Source: Ignicoccus pacificus DSM 13166
GTDB lineage: Archaea; Thermoproteota; Thermoprotei_A; Sulfolobales; Ignicoccaceae
Length of the DNA: 32,000 nucleotides
Direction: 5' to 3'
Assembly: GCA_025340205.1 (NCBI GenBank)
Contig: CP006868.1
Span: 1,260,001 to 1,292,000, forward strand
Shown: positions 17,542 to 26,990 of the stretch, piece by piece
Layout of the letters: the number at the start of each line of letters is the position of its first letter
How positions within the stretch are numbered: the first letter of the stretch is position 1
Position numbers and translations under genes: made by a program
The notes under the pieces: model-generated
Databases searched by the model: none
What the model saw: the letters and a program-made list of their open reading frames with translations, nothing else
Told to the model about the DNA's origin: nothing

Positions 17542-18669
17542 TCACTCTATCGTCCTGAGCGCTTGAACGGGCTCCAAGCGGTACACTGAAGCCATCGGAA
17601 GCGCTGCGCTCAGTACCATCATTCCTACCGTTATGAAGCTCGCGAGAGCCAGCTGGTCCGGAGTAATGCTCATGGATGCCACTATCTGCTGTATGTTGAA
17701 GCCGTATCTCACGAACTCCACTACGAACATGTGCTTAGCTAAGTTAACTAAGTAGGTCGATATCACAGTTCCTATGATTAAAGCTACTATCGCATAGGTC
17801 AAGGTCTCCGCTAAGTATACCAAGGCCAGTTGCCTCGAGGTGTATCCTAACGCCTTGAGGAGTCCTATCTCCCACGACCTGCTCCTTATATCCATCATCA
17901 TTGTTACTGCTAGAGCTATGGAGACTATGGAGAGGGCGAGGGTGCCTACGAAGAGCGACACCACCGTCGAGGTAGCCTTTATCAGCTGTTGGAATCGGAG
18001 CACGGTTTTTTGCGAAAATATGTAAGCTTGTCCTCCCGTGAGTTCATTTATCTTCTTCAACACGAAGTCAACGTTCTTTGGTTTATCAACTAAGATCACA
18101 AGGGAGTTGGGCGTAGCTCCCGGTATTTTCATGTAAGGGGCGAACGCTATCTTAGACTTCCCCAAGACGCTCTGCAACGTGGGAGCCTTTGCTACCCCGG
18201 TTACCGTTAGGTTGAACTGACCCAAGAAGGGCAGTATCAATGAGCAGTTGTGGCCGTAGTACTGGGAGAGGGAAGGAGGTACCATGAGTCCGGAGGGATT
18301 GCCCTTGATGACTTGCACTTGAACTATGTGGGTGAGCTGAGTGAAGTTGTAGAAGCCTATGAGCATTACGTACGTGTAGTTCTTACCGCACTGCAAGTAT
18401 GCGTCTGTTATCAGCAGTGTTATTACCTTCTTGACGTGAGGTATAGAAGCTACCTTAAGAGGGCTCACCGGAAGCGCCGGACCTAGGACCACTATCATGT
18501 TGGGCTTGAACAGCTTCAGGTAATTTTGTAAGAGCTCGAACCCAGCGTTGGAAATTGATAACATTACTAACAGTACCACTACGCCTATTATTGCCATTAC
18601 TGTAATCAATATGCTCCTTAGCGGTCTCTTCACCAAATCAGCCTTAATGAACCAGAGAACGGCTTCCAT
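17542..18669 (-). CDS. FtsX/MacB-like ABC transporter permease
   Basis: MTMMMDIRSRSWEIGLLKALGYTSRQLALVYLAE and terminal SVYRLEPVQALRTI are diagnostic of FtsX-type permeases. Confidence 0.9.
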   Translation of the reverse strand: MEAVLWFIKADLVKRPLRSILITVMAIIGVVVLLVMLSISNAGFELLQNYLKLFKPNMIVVLGPALPVSPLKVASIPHVKKVITLLITDAYLQCGKNYTYVMLIGFYNFTQLTHIVQVQVIKGNPSGLMVPPSLSQYYGHNCSLILPFLGQFNLTVTGVAKAPTLQSVLGKSKIAFAPYMKIPGATPNSLVILVDKPKNVDFVLKKINELTGGQAYIFSQKTVLRFQQLIKATSTVVSLFVGTLALSIVSIALAVTMMMDIRSRSWEIGLLKALGYTSRQLALVYLAETLTYAIVALIIGTVISTYLVNLAKHMFVVEFVRYGFNIQQIVASMSITPDQLALASFITVGMMVLSAALPMASVYRLEPVQALRTIE

Positions 18670-18764
18670 TTCACATCTGGTTGACCTTCCCTTTCTTGAG
18701 GTAATAAGGGATGTGGGGCTCGGTCGTACTCCCGTCGGTCATCAATCCCTTCGATAATCCCTCC

Positions 18765-20036
18765 TCATCCCCACACTAGGTAGAATATTATGATGGCTGG
18801 GGTTAAAGCGAGGATGGTATAGAACAGTCCCAGCTTTACGAACCTCCTGAAGCTCACCTTGTAGCCGGCCTCGCTCAAGAGCTGAACCGCAGCTATGTTA
18901 GTCGAAGTTCCGAAGTAAGTTATGTTGCCTCCCAGAGTAGCTCCTATTAGGAGGGCTAAGAGAAGCTTGAACCAGTATATGCCACAGTGAACGCTCAAGT
19001 CTTGTATTACCGGGAACATCGCTAGGAGGTAGGGCACGTTGTCCATTATCCCGGAGATTATCACGGACACCACTATTATTACGGCGCTGGCCAAGTAGAA
19101 GTTGCATCCAACACAATGTTTCAAAGCGTTGGCTATTGTAGTCATTACTCCGCTGTCCTCCAGCGCTCCCACGAGCAGGAACATTCCAGCTAAGAAGAGT
19201 AGGAGCTCCCACTCAACGCTCTTTATAGCGAACTTCACGTCGTCCCAGCTCCTTCTATAGAGGAGGATTATGGAGACCGCTATGAGGGCCGGAGGAGCCA
19301 ATCCTATTCCTATCTCCTTCCTTATAGATAGTAGGAATATCTTCACACCTAGCGCTATTAGGGCTATTTTGGCCAGCTCCTCGTTCTCGACACCTCTGAG
19401 CTGCTTTAGCACGTTGTCTACGTCTATTTTACCTTTACTTACCACGTAGCCGAAGATTGTCGTCGAGGTGAGAAGGGCTGCTAGTACCATCCAGAATATG
19501 GAGGGCTTTCCGTCGTGGAAAATGAAGTCTATGAAGTCCAAGTTGAAGTAACCTGCCGCTAGGGCGCTCTGCGGGTCGCCGACCAGCAAGGCGGCTCCTC
19601 CTAAGTTGGAGGCGAAGGCCGTAATCAGGAGGAGGGGGACGGCATCGACTTCTGCTGCCCTGGCTATGGCGAATACCATCGGAGCCAGCATGACTAAGGT
19701 AGTGACGTTCTCGATGAATAACGAGATTATGCCAGAGAGAAGACCCAAGGCTATAGCTATCTTCCTCAAGTCCCCCTTGCTCCACCTCACTGCCCTCTTA
19801 GCTGCCTCCTCCGTGAGGCCCGACTCGCTGAGATAGGCGGATACCACACAAGCTCCTCCTATTAGGCCCAGCACGTCTAAGTTGAGGTACTCTGGTACGT
19901 GGTTGAGCTTCACCAAGCCCAGGGCTATCGCAATTAAGGCTCCTATCAAGGCAACGATGTATCTCCTGTTCTCCTTGACCAACACAAGAGCGGTAAGTGT
20001 TGCAATGAAGAGCGCTGCCGCCATCAGCTCCTTCAC
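18765..20036 (-). CDS. ArsB/NhaD-family (SLC13-like) ion transporter
   Basis: 423 aa; ITAFASNLGGAALLVGDPQSALAAG and IGATLGGNITYFGTSTNIAAVQL substrate-binding loops. Confidence 0.85.
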   Translation of the reverse strand: MKELMAAALFIATLTALVLVKENRRYIVALIGALIAIALGLVKLNHVPEYLNLDVLGLIGGACVVSAYLSESGLTEEAAKRAVRWSKGDLRKIAIALGLLSGIISLFIENVTTLVMLAPMVFAIARAAEVDAVPLLLITAFASNLGGAALLVGDPQSALAAGYFNLDFIDFIFHDGKPSIFWMVLAALLTSTTIFGYVVSKGKIDVDNVLKQLRGVENEELAKIALIALGVKIFLLSIRKEIGIGLAPPALIAVSIILLYRRSWDDVKFAIKSVEWELLLFLAGMFLLVGALEDSGVMTTIANALKHCVGCNFYLASAVIIVVSVIISGIMDNVPYLLAMFPVIQDLSVHCGIYWFKLLLALLIGATLGGNITYFGTSTNIAAVQLLSEAGYKVSFRRFVKLGLFYTILALTPAIIIFYLVWG

Positions 20037-20104
20037 TCAGCGCACCGAGGGGAGCTCATGGCAAGGCTAATATTAGGATCTCTTCGTTCGCTTTCAGAAC
20101 AAAT

Positions 20105-20401
20105 TTACCTTATTATGAACCGAGGGGGTTCTATCCACTGACTCCTACACCTAGGACACTTGCTCGGCTTCTTTATCTTAGCGTCCTTGAAGACGTATCC
20201 GCACTTCTTGCAATAGGCAGGCTGGATGTAGAGGGTGTAGCCCTTCCTCTTCACGGTCTTCGCTACGTGAGATAGCTCCTCGTAAACCAGCCTCTCGCTC
20301 TCCAATCCCAACTCAAACGCTATGTCCTTGGCGCTGAGTGGCTGGTCGGTTTCCATTAACAGCTTTATCATTCTCTCCCTAACGGTCTCCCACTCGCTCA
20401 C
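20105..20401 (-). CDS. HTH + zinc-ribbon predicted transcriptional regulator
   Basis: 98 aa; N-terminal wHTH and YCKKCGYVFKDAKIKKPSKCPRCRSQWIEPPRFII. Confidence 0.8.
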   Translation of the reverse strand: MSEWETVRERMIKLLMETDQPLSAKDIAFELGLESERLVYEELSHVAKTVKRKGYTLYIQPAYCKKCGYVFKDAKIKKPSKCPRCRSQWIEPPRFIIR

Positions 20402-20608
20402 CAGCTCACCGCCAGCTTACCCTGAAGAGAGATTTTGAGTTCTAATTTCTCTTTATGAATACCGGGCTCAAATCGGAACGTTATCTTAACTGAGATGATT
20501 TTATATTGAGACTATTATCTATATTAAGGTAATTCTCCCTATTCTTCATAGGGAGAGTGGGAGGGTGTTCAAGTACGTTAAGGGAAGGGAAATAGAGGAG
20601 GCTGTTGA

Positions 20609-21220
20609 GTGGCGGGAGGAGGACTTCTGGCTCGCTTTATTAGAGGAAGAGAACGCTACGGTCAGGGTGAACTCGAACTGGGAGTGGAGGTTAAGCCCAC
20701 CGTTAAGGCTTATTTGGGCGAGATCGCGATCCTCATACTCTCAATACTAGGCTCCATCGCCGCTCCCCTCTTCCCTCAGCAGTACCAATGGTTCTGGTAC
20801 GCCATCCCTATAGCTCTCATCATAATATCGTTCTTCATATCTAAAAGGGCGTTCGTGCTAGCGCTCATAGCCTTGGTCCCCGGAGCCGTCGGGTACTATT
20901 TTAGCAAGTACTTTGCAATGGTCACAATACCAATAGCGCTCGTAGAGCTTTACTTGCTGTTCAAGTATATATCATCGATAAGATACATAATAAAGGAGGA
21001 TGGCGTCACCGTCTCGGTGGATTTCATATTCATGAGCTCCACCAGGACCATACCGAAGGACTCCATAAGCGAGCTCCAAGTGAACACCGGACCCTTGGGA
21101 AAGATCTTAGGTTACGCTGACATAGAGATCAAGCTTAAGAACAAGGGAGAGATAAAGATAGACGGCGTTCCCAAGGATGCTGCCGATAAGGTCAGAAAAA
21201 TGCTCATAGGCTCGGCTTGA
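20609..21220 (+). CDS. Membrane protein with PH-like C-terminal domain
   Basis: Three or four TM segments followed by IRYIIKEDGVTVSVDFIFMSSTRTIPKDSISELQVNTGPLGKILGYADIEI. Start uncertain. Confidence 0.65.
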   Translation: MAGGGLLARFIRGRERYGQGELELGVEVKPTVKAYLGEIAILILSILGSIAAPLFPQQYQWFWYAIPIALIIISFFISKRAFVLALIALVPGAVGYYFSKYFAMVTIPIALVELYLLFKYISSIRYIIKEDGVTVSVDFIFMSSTRTIPKDSISELQVNTGPLGKILGYADIEIKLKNKGEIKIDGVPKDAADKVRKMLIGSA

Positions 21221-21504
21221 ACTTCCTAAACCTTCCGTTGTTTTTCTTCAGTATTCTCTTATTAAAGCAATCGCTCCCTATGCTCCTCACAACAGATATT
21301 AGCATGACTGCGCACTTAGCCAACTCCTTGGGATCGTCCTTCTCCTCTAGCTCTAGTGCCTTTTCAAGTAAGTAGAGCGCTACTAAGCTCTCGTCGTCAT
21401 GTTTCTTGCTCTTCCTAGCCTCAGCTATCTCGTTCTTCAGTATCTCTCTTAAGAACTCTTTAGGGTCATCTACGTTCCTGAAGAGCTCCTCCCACATCTC
21501 GACC
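21204..21504 (-). CDS. Hypothetical protein
   Basis: About 99 aa from MWEELFRNVDDPKEFLREIL. The upstream KCGDLPPPPP part of the ORF is encoded by a G homopolymer and is probably not translated. Confidence 0.55.
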
Positions 21505-21637
21505 GAGGGTGGGGGGGGGGGCAGGTCACCGCACTTCACCCTACTGACCTAACTTGATAGAACTGAGAGGTATTTACGTGTCTTTCCCCTTGCTCAACTT
21601 TTTAGGTGTGATATAGGGAATCTCAGGGAGCTTTCCT

Positions 21638-22117
21638 ATGAAAGCTAAGCTCTATTGTGAGATGTGCGGCCTCCCAATAGAGGGAAGGCCTCACAGGGTA
21701 ATGATCGAGGGCACCGAGATGGTCCTCTGTGAGAGGTGCTACCGCTCGGTGAGAGCTAGGGCGGTTCCGACTGAAGCTCCTAAGAAAAAGAAGAAGGAAG
21801 TGAAGAAGGAGAAACCGAAGAAAAAGGTGGTTGAATACGAAATAGTAGAGGACTACGCTAAGAGGGTTAGGGAAGCTAGAGAGAAGCTGGGAATGAGTAG
21901 GGAAGAGCTGGGAATGAAAGTCGGAGCCGGAGAGAATATCATAAAGAGAATAGAGCTTGGAAGGCTGGAGCCGGACATGGAGCTAGCGAAGAAGCTAGAG
22001 AAGGTACTCGGAATAAAGCTAATAAGAAAGGTGGAGTACGAGGAGGGAGGAGAGGTTCCCAAGCCTCCGAGCGGGGGCCTAACCCTAGGAGATATCGTTG
22101 TAATAAGGAAGGATTAA
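21638..22117 (+). CDS. Multiprotein bridging factor 1 (MBF1) family: zinc ribbon + HTH
   Basis: LYCEMCGLPIEG ... LCERCY then YAKRVREAREKLGMSREELGMKVGAGENIIKRIELGRLEPDMELAKKLEKVLGIKL. Confidence 0.93.
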   Translation: MKAKLYCEMCGLPIEGRPHRVMIEGTEMVLCERCYRSVRARAVPTEAPKKKKKEVKKEKPKKKVVEYEIVEDYAKRVREAREKLGMSREELGMKVGAGENIIKRIELGRLEPDMELAKKLEKVLGIKLIRKVEYEEGGEVPKPPSGGLTLGDIVVIRKD

Positions 22118-22822
22118 CTTCGTTAGAATCGTAGCCGTTTTCCTGACCAACTCTGATATCACAATTATCGTTAGAACGATGACGAGCACTTGGATTTGAG
22201 CGATCCTCTCCATCAGCGCTCCTGGAGTATTCAATATCAAGTTCAATTCCTTTCCTAGACTCGGTATCCCTTGGGACTCAAGACCTAACATTGCCAAGCC
22301 CGCTTCGGCGTAAACCGCTATCGAAGCTATCATAGAGGAATACTTCAGCACTTCATCGACCACATTCTTCGGAACGTGCCTTATGAAGGCTTGAATTGCC
22401 GAGGCTCCGGAGGCCAGAGAGGCCAAGAAGAAGTTCTCCTCCCTCATCTGCCTTGCCTTAAAGTGAATCGCCTTTGAGGGGGCCAAGGAAGCCAAGAAGG
22501 AGACTAGGAGCGCTATCTCCAAAGGACTCAGCTGAACTATAAGCGAGAGGAAGACGAAGAAGGCGAAGCGTGGGAAGCCGCTCAAAGAGGAGGTAATGAA
22601 GGTAAACGCCTTGCTCGCTCTATCATTCATTGCCAAAAGCGCTGATAGCAACAGAAGCAAAGAGCTGAAGATCATAGCAACTACTCCTACCTCCAAGCTA
22701 GTTGGAATGGAGGAAAGTAAAACGCAGAGGAAGTCCCTCCCTATGGGATCGGTTCCTAGGGGATGAGCGGGGCTTGGAGGAGAGAAGGGTTGGTAGGAGG
22801 GGCTGCACATGCCTTCGCTCAC
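22085..22822 (-). CDS. Oligopeptide ABC transporter permease, DppC/OppC-like
   Basis: HPLGTDPIGRD signature and AEAGLAMLGLES (compare VEAGLSFLGLG). Confidence 0.8.
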   Translation of the reverse strand: MSEGMCSPSYQPFSPPSPAHPLGTDPIGRDFLCVLLSSIPTSLEVGVVAMIFSSLLLLLSALLAMNDRASKAFTFITSSLSGFPRFAFFVFLSLIVQLSPLEIALLVSFLASLAPSKAIHFKARQMREENFFLASLASGASAIQAFIRHVPKNVVDEVLKYSSMIASIAVYAEAGLAMLGLESQGIPSLGKELNLILNTPGALMERIAQIQVLVIVLTIIVISELVRKTATILTKLILPYYNDIS

Positions 22823-23631
22823 CTCGTCCTCGGGTCCAGCCTTCTGGCCAACTCGTCCGCCAAGTAGGAGCCGAGGTAAGAGAGCGTTGCTATTATTAGG
22901 AAAGCAGATGAGGCCAAGGGAGGGTCGCCTCCGGTGACAGCGCTGAAGAGCAAGTACCCTATTCCCATATAGCTAATCAAAGGCTCCACGAAGACCGACC
23001 TTTCCAGAGCGTTGACGAAGTTGGTTATTGAAAAGGAAGTGAGGGATGGGAGCAGCACCCTTAACTCCTTAACCCTTATCTTGAAGTCGCTCAGCCCTAT
23101 CGCCTTGAGGAGCAGCGTGGTATCCCGAAGTACCCCTCTTTGATCCTCGACGAGGCCTGAAAAGCCATATACCAGCTTCGGCCATTCTCCTAATAGGATT
23201 ACTAGCGAATAGGCCAAGGCCTTCTGAAAAGAAGTTCCGAGGAGGGGAGGAGGCCAGCCAAAGGACCAAGAGGTCAGGGCGAGGGGTATGGCATAGATGA
23301 ACTCCGGTATAAAGGAAGCGGACCTTATCGCTTTCGGTACCTTGGGTCCTATGAATATCAGCCAAGCGATGGAAAACGCCATCGCCAGGGAATATCCGAG
23401 GCCTAGGGGGAGCAAGGTAGAGGCCAGTCCCTCAAGGGAGAGGAGGATTGAGGGGGACGAGTAGAGGAAGGAGGGAGGTCCTCCTTTGAGGAGCTGAGAA
23501 AGTAAGGCCCTGAGGTTCCCGGAGTAAACCTTCTTGAGCTCCTCTATCTGCGTCTTGTTCAAGAAACCGTTAGCCCCTAAAGTAGAGAAGGGGTTGCCAA
23601 GAGCTTTCAAGGCTACGTAGTTGCTAACCAA
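22819..23631 (-). CDS. Oligopeptide ABC transporter permease, divergent DppB/OppB-like
   Basis: 270 aa hydrophobic, overlaps the DppC-like gene by 4 nt; LLLKAIGLSDFKIRVKELRVLLP resembles an EAA loop. Confidence 0.7.
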   Translation of the reverse strand: MVSNYVALKALGNPFSTLGANGFLNKTQIEELKKVYSGNLRALLSQLLKGGPPSFLYSSPSILLSLEGLASTLLPLGLGYSLAMAFSIAWLIFIGPKVPKAIRSASFIPEFIYAIPLALTSWSFGWPPPLLGTSFQKALAYSLVILLGEWPKLVYGFSGLVEDQRGVLRDTTLLLKAIGLSDFKIRVKELRVLLPSLTSFSITNFVNALERSVFVEPLISYMGIGYLLFSAVTGGDPPLASSAFLIIATLSYLGSYLADELARRLDPRTR

Positions 23632-23659
23632 GGTTACTACGATCAGTCCTATTATTACC

Positions 23660-24184
23660 TCAGCCCCTCGCGAGCGCCAACACCTCTCTCGGGTCGTCCA
23701 AGCCTCTAGAGTACAGCTTCAAGTCGATTACCGGGGTCCCGTCGACGGCGTCAAGACCCTTCACCTTGAGTTCACACCCATCTACTGATACGACGTAGCA
23801 GAGGGAGAGGCCTATGGGGCAAGGTCTGGCGGGGCTTCGGGTGGCGAAGACCCCCAGCTCCGGCATCTTCGGATCCTTGAAAGGATGGACCTTGAGGGGT
23901 CTGTCCTTTACCAAGTGGGCATACCATATCACCCAAATCAAGGTGCCCTTCCTAATCCCCTCCAGCGCTTCGCAGTACTTCTCGAATATACTTATTTTCG
24001 CCTCCTTACTCCTCAAAAAGTCATCGTAAGAGAAGATCTCTTCCTTTCCCTCCTTGTGCTCCAGCCCCTCTTCCCTCTCCACAATCCCAACGGGCTCGCA
24101 CTCCAAAGCCTTCACCTCAACAGGGCCAGCTTGTTGTAGGGCAAGGGTATTCCTCCATCTATCCCTCCATAAGTGAAGAACCAC
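23660..24184 (-). CDS. TrmO/TsaA-like protein
   Basis: GVFATRSPARPCPIGLSLCYVVSVDGCELKVKGLDAVDGTPVIDLKLY is the TsaA/TrmO core. N-terminal start may be internal. Confidence 0.85.
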   Translation of the reverse strand: MVLHLWRDRWRNTLALQQAGPVEVKALECEPVGIVEREEGLEHKEGKEEIFSYDDFLRSKEAKISIFEKYCEALEGIRKGTLIWVIWYAHLVKDRPLKVHPFKDPKMPELGVFATRSPARPCPIGLSLCYVVSVDGCELKVKGLDAVDGTPVIDLKLYSRGLDDPREVLALARG

Positions 24185-25656
24185 TTGACGTTTGCGCTAG
24201 GTAAGGTAAGCACGTACTCATAGGGGTAGTAGAGCGCTATCCTCGGAAGCTTCTTCGCTATTACCACTTGAGCCTTCTTGGCGTATTCTATGGCCTGCTT
24301 CACGGTTGGAGAGCTAGTTATTTCCTTGACGATCCTATAATACTCCTCGTCCTTCCAAGGAGTCCCGAAGACCTTGAAGAACCAGGATAAGGCGGTAGGA
24401 TCGTTCCCATCCGCTCCGTGGCCGTTTATCTCCAAGTCGAAGGCCCCTCTCCTAACGACTTGATCCAACTGTTTCATGCTCTGAAGGGTCTTGACTTCAA
24501 CGCATATTCCCACCTTCTTCAACATATCCCTTATTATTAGGGCTTCCTGCAGATAGTTCTTGGTTGTAACCAGTAAGGGTCTCCAAGTCCTTCCGTTAAG
24601 CTCCCTGCACCCATCTCCATTAACGTCCCTTATTCCCAAGGAGTTTAGGATCTCCTCAGCTTTGGTGGGGTTGTAGGGATACTTGGGAACGTCGGGGTTG
24701 TAGAAGTAGCTGTAGGGAGGAACGTAATTGGGGGTTCCCGGTATCGCTGCCTCAAGACTCCCGACGGCCTTCAGCACCAGTTCCTTCAGATTCAATGAAT
24801 ATGCTATGGCTCTTCTAAACTCAGTAACGTTGTAAGGGTACTTATCCAAATTGAAGCCCAGGAAGAGGACCCAGTACATGGGACCCTTCTGAACCTCGAG
24901 ATTCGGGATTCTCATCTTTGCAAACTTTATCAGCCTCCAAGCCTTCCCCATTAACGCAACCGTGTCTATCTCCTTGTTTACTAGAGCTGTTACCGCTGCC
25001 CTAGCGTTGAATATCCCAGACGTCACCACCAGTAGCTTCTCGAACTTCGGCTTGGGGCCCCAGAACAAGGGGTTTGCCTTGAAGACGTAGCCTAATTGCG
25101 GAGAGTAGCTCGCGAAGAGGTAAGGGCCGCTTCCGATGAACGCCTCCTTCGACCTGAAGGCATAAGGGTCCTTCACCTTTTCCCATATGTGCTTTGGAAT
25201 AATGAATACCGTCGAGGCTATCTGATCTAAGAAGAAGGGGTTCGGCCTCTTGAGGACTACCAAGACTGTTGTGGAATTGAGAGCCTTTACGTAGGCTATT
25301 GAGTCCAAGGACCTCCACGTCCAATGATGTTCCTTAAGGTAGTTGAACGTGAAGACCACGTCTTGGGCCGTTATTGGCACTCCATCGCTCCAGTAAGCCT
25401 TCCTCAGATGGAAGACCCAAGCTGTGGAGTTGAGCTGCTCCCAGCTCTGGGCGAGCCAAGGAATTATTCCGGTTGAGTTCTTCCAAGTCAAGGTATCGAA
25501 GACGAAGCTCGTTATTACGTAACCAGGACCCCTTGGGTAGAAAAGGAAGGGGCTGGGAAGTCCCCAGTTTCCGAGGCCTATTCTCAAGGTAGAGGCAAAG
25601 GCTATAGCGGATATCAGCAGGAGAGCTTGTGCAACCTTCATCTTGATACGCCGCAC
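24112..25656 (-). CDS. ABC transporter substrate-binding protein, family 5 (peptide-binding)
   Basis: Signal peptide, LAQSWEQLNSTAWVFHLRKAYWSDGVPITAQDVVFTFNYLK, EFRRAIAYSLNLKELV. Confidence 0.9.
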   Translation of the reverse strand: MRRIKMKVAQALLLISAIAFASTLRIGLGNWGLPSPFLFYPRGPGYVITSFVFDTLTWKNSTGIIPWLAQSWEQLNSTAWVFHLRKAYWSDGVPITAQDVVFTFNYLKEHHWTWRSLDSIAYVKALNSTTVLVVLKRPNPFFLDQIASTVFIIPKHIWEKVKDPYAFRSKEAFIGSGPYLFASYSPQLGYVFKANPLFWGPKPKFEKLLVVTSGIFNARAAVTALVNKEIDTVALMGKAWRLIKFAKMRIPNLEVQKGPMYWVLFLGFNLDKYPYNVTEFRRAIAYSLNLKELVLKAVGSLEAAIPGTPNYVPPYSYFYNPDVPKYPYNPTKAEEILNSLGIRDVNGDGCRELNGRTWRPLLVTTKNYLQEALIIRDMLKKVGICVEVKTLQSMKQLDQVVRRGAFDLEINGHGADGNDPTALSWFFKVFGTPWKDEEYYRIVKEITSSPTVKQAIEYAKKAQVVIAKKLPRIALYYPYEYVLTLPSANVKWFFTYGGIDGGIPLPYNKLALLR

Positions 25657-25695
25657 ATGAGCCCAAGGAATGAAATTAAAGGGCTACGTTTGCAG

Positions 25696-25726
25696 AATCA
25701 AGTCGGTCAAGACTGACCGATTGATT
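25696..25726. other. Inverted repeat
   Basis: AATCA-ag-TCGGTC-aagact-GACCGA-t-TGATT. Confidence 0.6.
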
Positions 25727-25733
25727 AGAGGCT

Positions 25734-25785
25734 AAGGTTAACGCTCTGAAGAACTGGAAGAGATTCGATTGGCCCAGTTAACCTT
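25734..25785. other. Inverted repeat spanning the VapC-like gene stop codon
   Basis: AAGGTTAAC (25734-25742) and GTTAACCTT (25777-25785) are perfect 9-bp complements; the VapC-like stop (TAA, minus strand) lies at 25778-25780. Confidence 0.55.
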
Positions 25786-26227
25786 TCAAGTTCTTTCTGA
25801 GCTCCTTTATCCTATTAATTGTTTTATTATATTCCTCAATTAAGTAGTACGCCTCTATCCCACTTTGTCTTGAGTTCTTGACGAGTAGCTTATCGTTAGC
25901 AACTATAATGCTGTTGGTCGCTATTGCAGTAGCTATATAGTAAGCATCCACGGCTCGAGGATGTATGTTGTCGGCAACGTATATTGCCAAGTTGAATATA
26001 TCGTCCTCTTTCAGCAGTTTGAACTTCTTCGATAATTTCAACAGCTTCTCACGCTCAGCCTTGTAACCCAATCTGCGAGAGACCGCTATCAGCTCGACCT
26101 CCATTATCCTCGGAGCGTAGAGGGGAAGGTCTTCTATATATCTAAGAAACTCTAACGCCTTCTCATACCTCTTAGGGTCCTTGTTGAATAAGGCATCTAT
26201 CAAAACGCTCACGTCGAGGACTATCAT
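25778..26227 (-). CDS. vapC: PIN-domain protein (VapC-like toxin)
   Basis: MIVLDVSVLIDALF, acidic residues in VDAYYIATAIATNSIIVANDKLL. Confidence 0.85.
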   Translation of the reverse strand: MIVLDVSVLIDALFNKDPKRYEKALEFLRYIEDLPLYAPRIMEVELIAVSRRLGYKAEREKLLKLSKKFKLLKEDDIFNLAIYVADNIHPRAVDAYYIATAIATNSIIVANDKLLVKNSRQSGIEAYYLIEEYNKTINRIKELRKNLKG

Positions 26228-26421
26228 TTCCTCATTTCCTCTAGGACCTTCACTGGATCTTCTACCTTGGGAGTCTCGTCTCTAAGGTCCTTTATGAGTT
26301 CCACAAGGCTTCTTCCTCTCTCCTCAATACTAATGAATACCTCTTCACCTTCCTTGAGGTCTATCCTTCCTAAAGGCTTTAGCACTCCGTCCTCATACCT
26401 GGCGCGAACGAACTTACTCAT
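26224..26421 (-). CDS. DUF104 (AF2212-like) antitoxin
   Basis: VRARYEDGVLKPLGRIDLKEGEEVFISIEE; overlaps the PIN gene by 4 nt. Confidence 0.85.
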   Translation of the reverse strand: MSKFVRARYEDGVLKPLGRIDLKEGEEVFISIEERGRSLVELIKDLRDETPKVEDPVKVLEEMRK

Positions 26422-26559
26422 ACTGAGCGACCCGGGTGTCTATATCTGCAAGTGAGTACTGATAAGCTTAAACAGGGCTTGCGAGCTCTCAAAGAGTAAA
26501 CTAGAAGGTACTTCATTCAAATAGCGGTGGGAACATTGGGGTAAGATAGGTCGTGGGAG

Positions 26560-26748
26560 ATGGTATGTGGTAGTGCGCTAAGGGGACTTACCTTGGATCC
26601 GTCCGTGGATCCCCAGCTCCGCAAGCTGGTCGCTGAGTACTGTCCCCTCCTTGAGGCCCTCTTCTACGAGGACTACATAAATGAGGCTATAAGGAATAAG
26701 GATTATGAAAGGATTTGGATGATGCTCAACGAGATAATGTATTTCTGA
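26560..26748 (+). CDS. Small hypothetical ORF
   Basis: 62 aa (MVCGSALRGLTLDPSVDPQLRKLVAEYCPLLEALFYEDY...), plausible composition; convergent with the next gene. Confidence 0.4.
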   Translation: MVCGSALRGLTLDPSVDPQLRKLVAEYCPLLEALFYEDYINEAIRNKDYERIWMMLNEIMYF

Positions 26749-26962
26749 GCTCGCCGAGCATGTCTTCGAGCTCTTCCAGCGCCTCCAATCCTTCCTCCTT
26801 ACACTTAGCAATGGTTCTCGGTCCTGTAAGGGTAAGTACCTTCTTCATCTCAATTAGCTCCTCCTTCTCCATCTTTTCCAAGCAGTCCCATAGCGTCGAC
26901 CTCTTCAAGTCGCTAAGCCTCATCAATTCGGAGAAGCTTATCGGTCCGTTAACACATATCAC
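26726..26962 (-). CDS. Small winged-HTH regulator
   Basis: ISFSELMRLSDLKRSTLWDCLEKMEKEELIEMKKVLTLTGPRT. The frame extends upstream, so the start is uncertain. Confidence 0.65.
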   Translation of the reverse strand: MICVNGPISFSELMRLSDLKRSTLWDCLEKMEKEELIEMKKVLTLTGPRTIAKCKEEGLEALEELEDMLGELRNTLSR

Positions 26963-26990
26963 TATAAGCGCTATGAGGCATTGTATCGAT

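Noticed and set aside
17542-18669. Possible new efflux system because the FtsX-like permease lacks an adjacent ATPase
   Set aside because: Isolated FtsX/MacB-like permeases are common in archaea; not informative alone.
21204-21504. UPF0147-like assignment
   Set aside because: The motif pattern does not match well enough; left as hypothetical.
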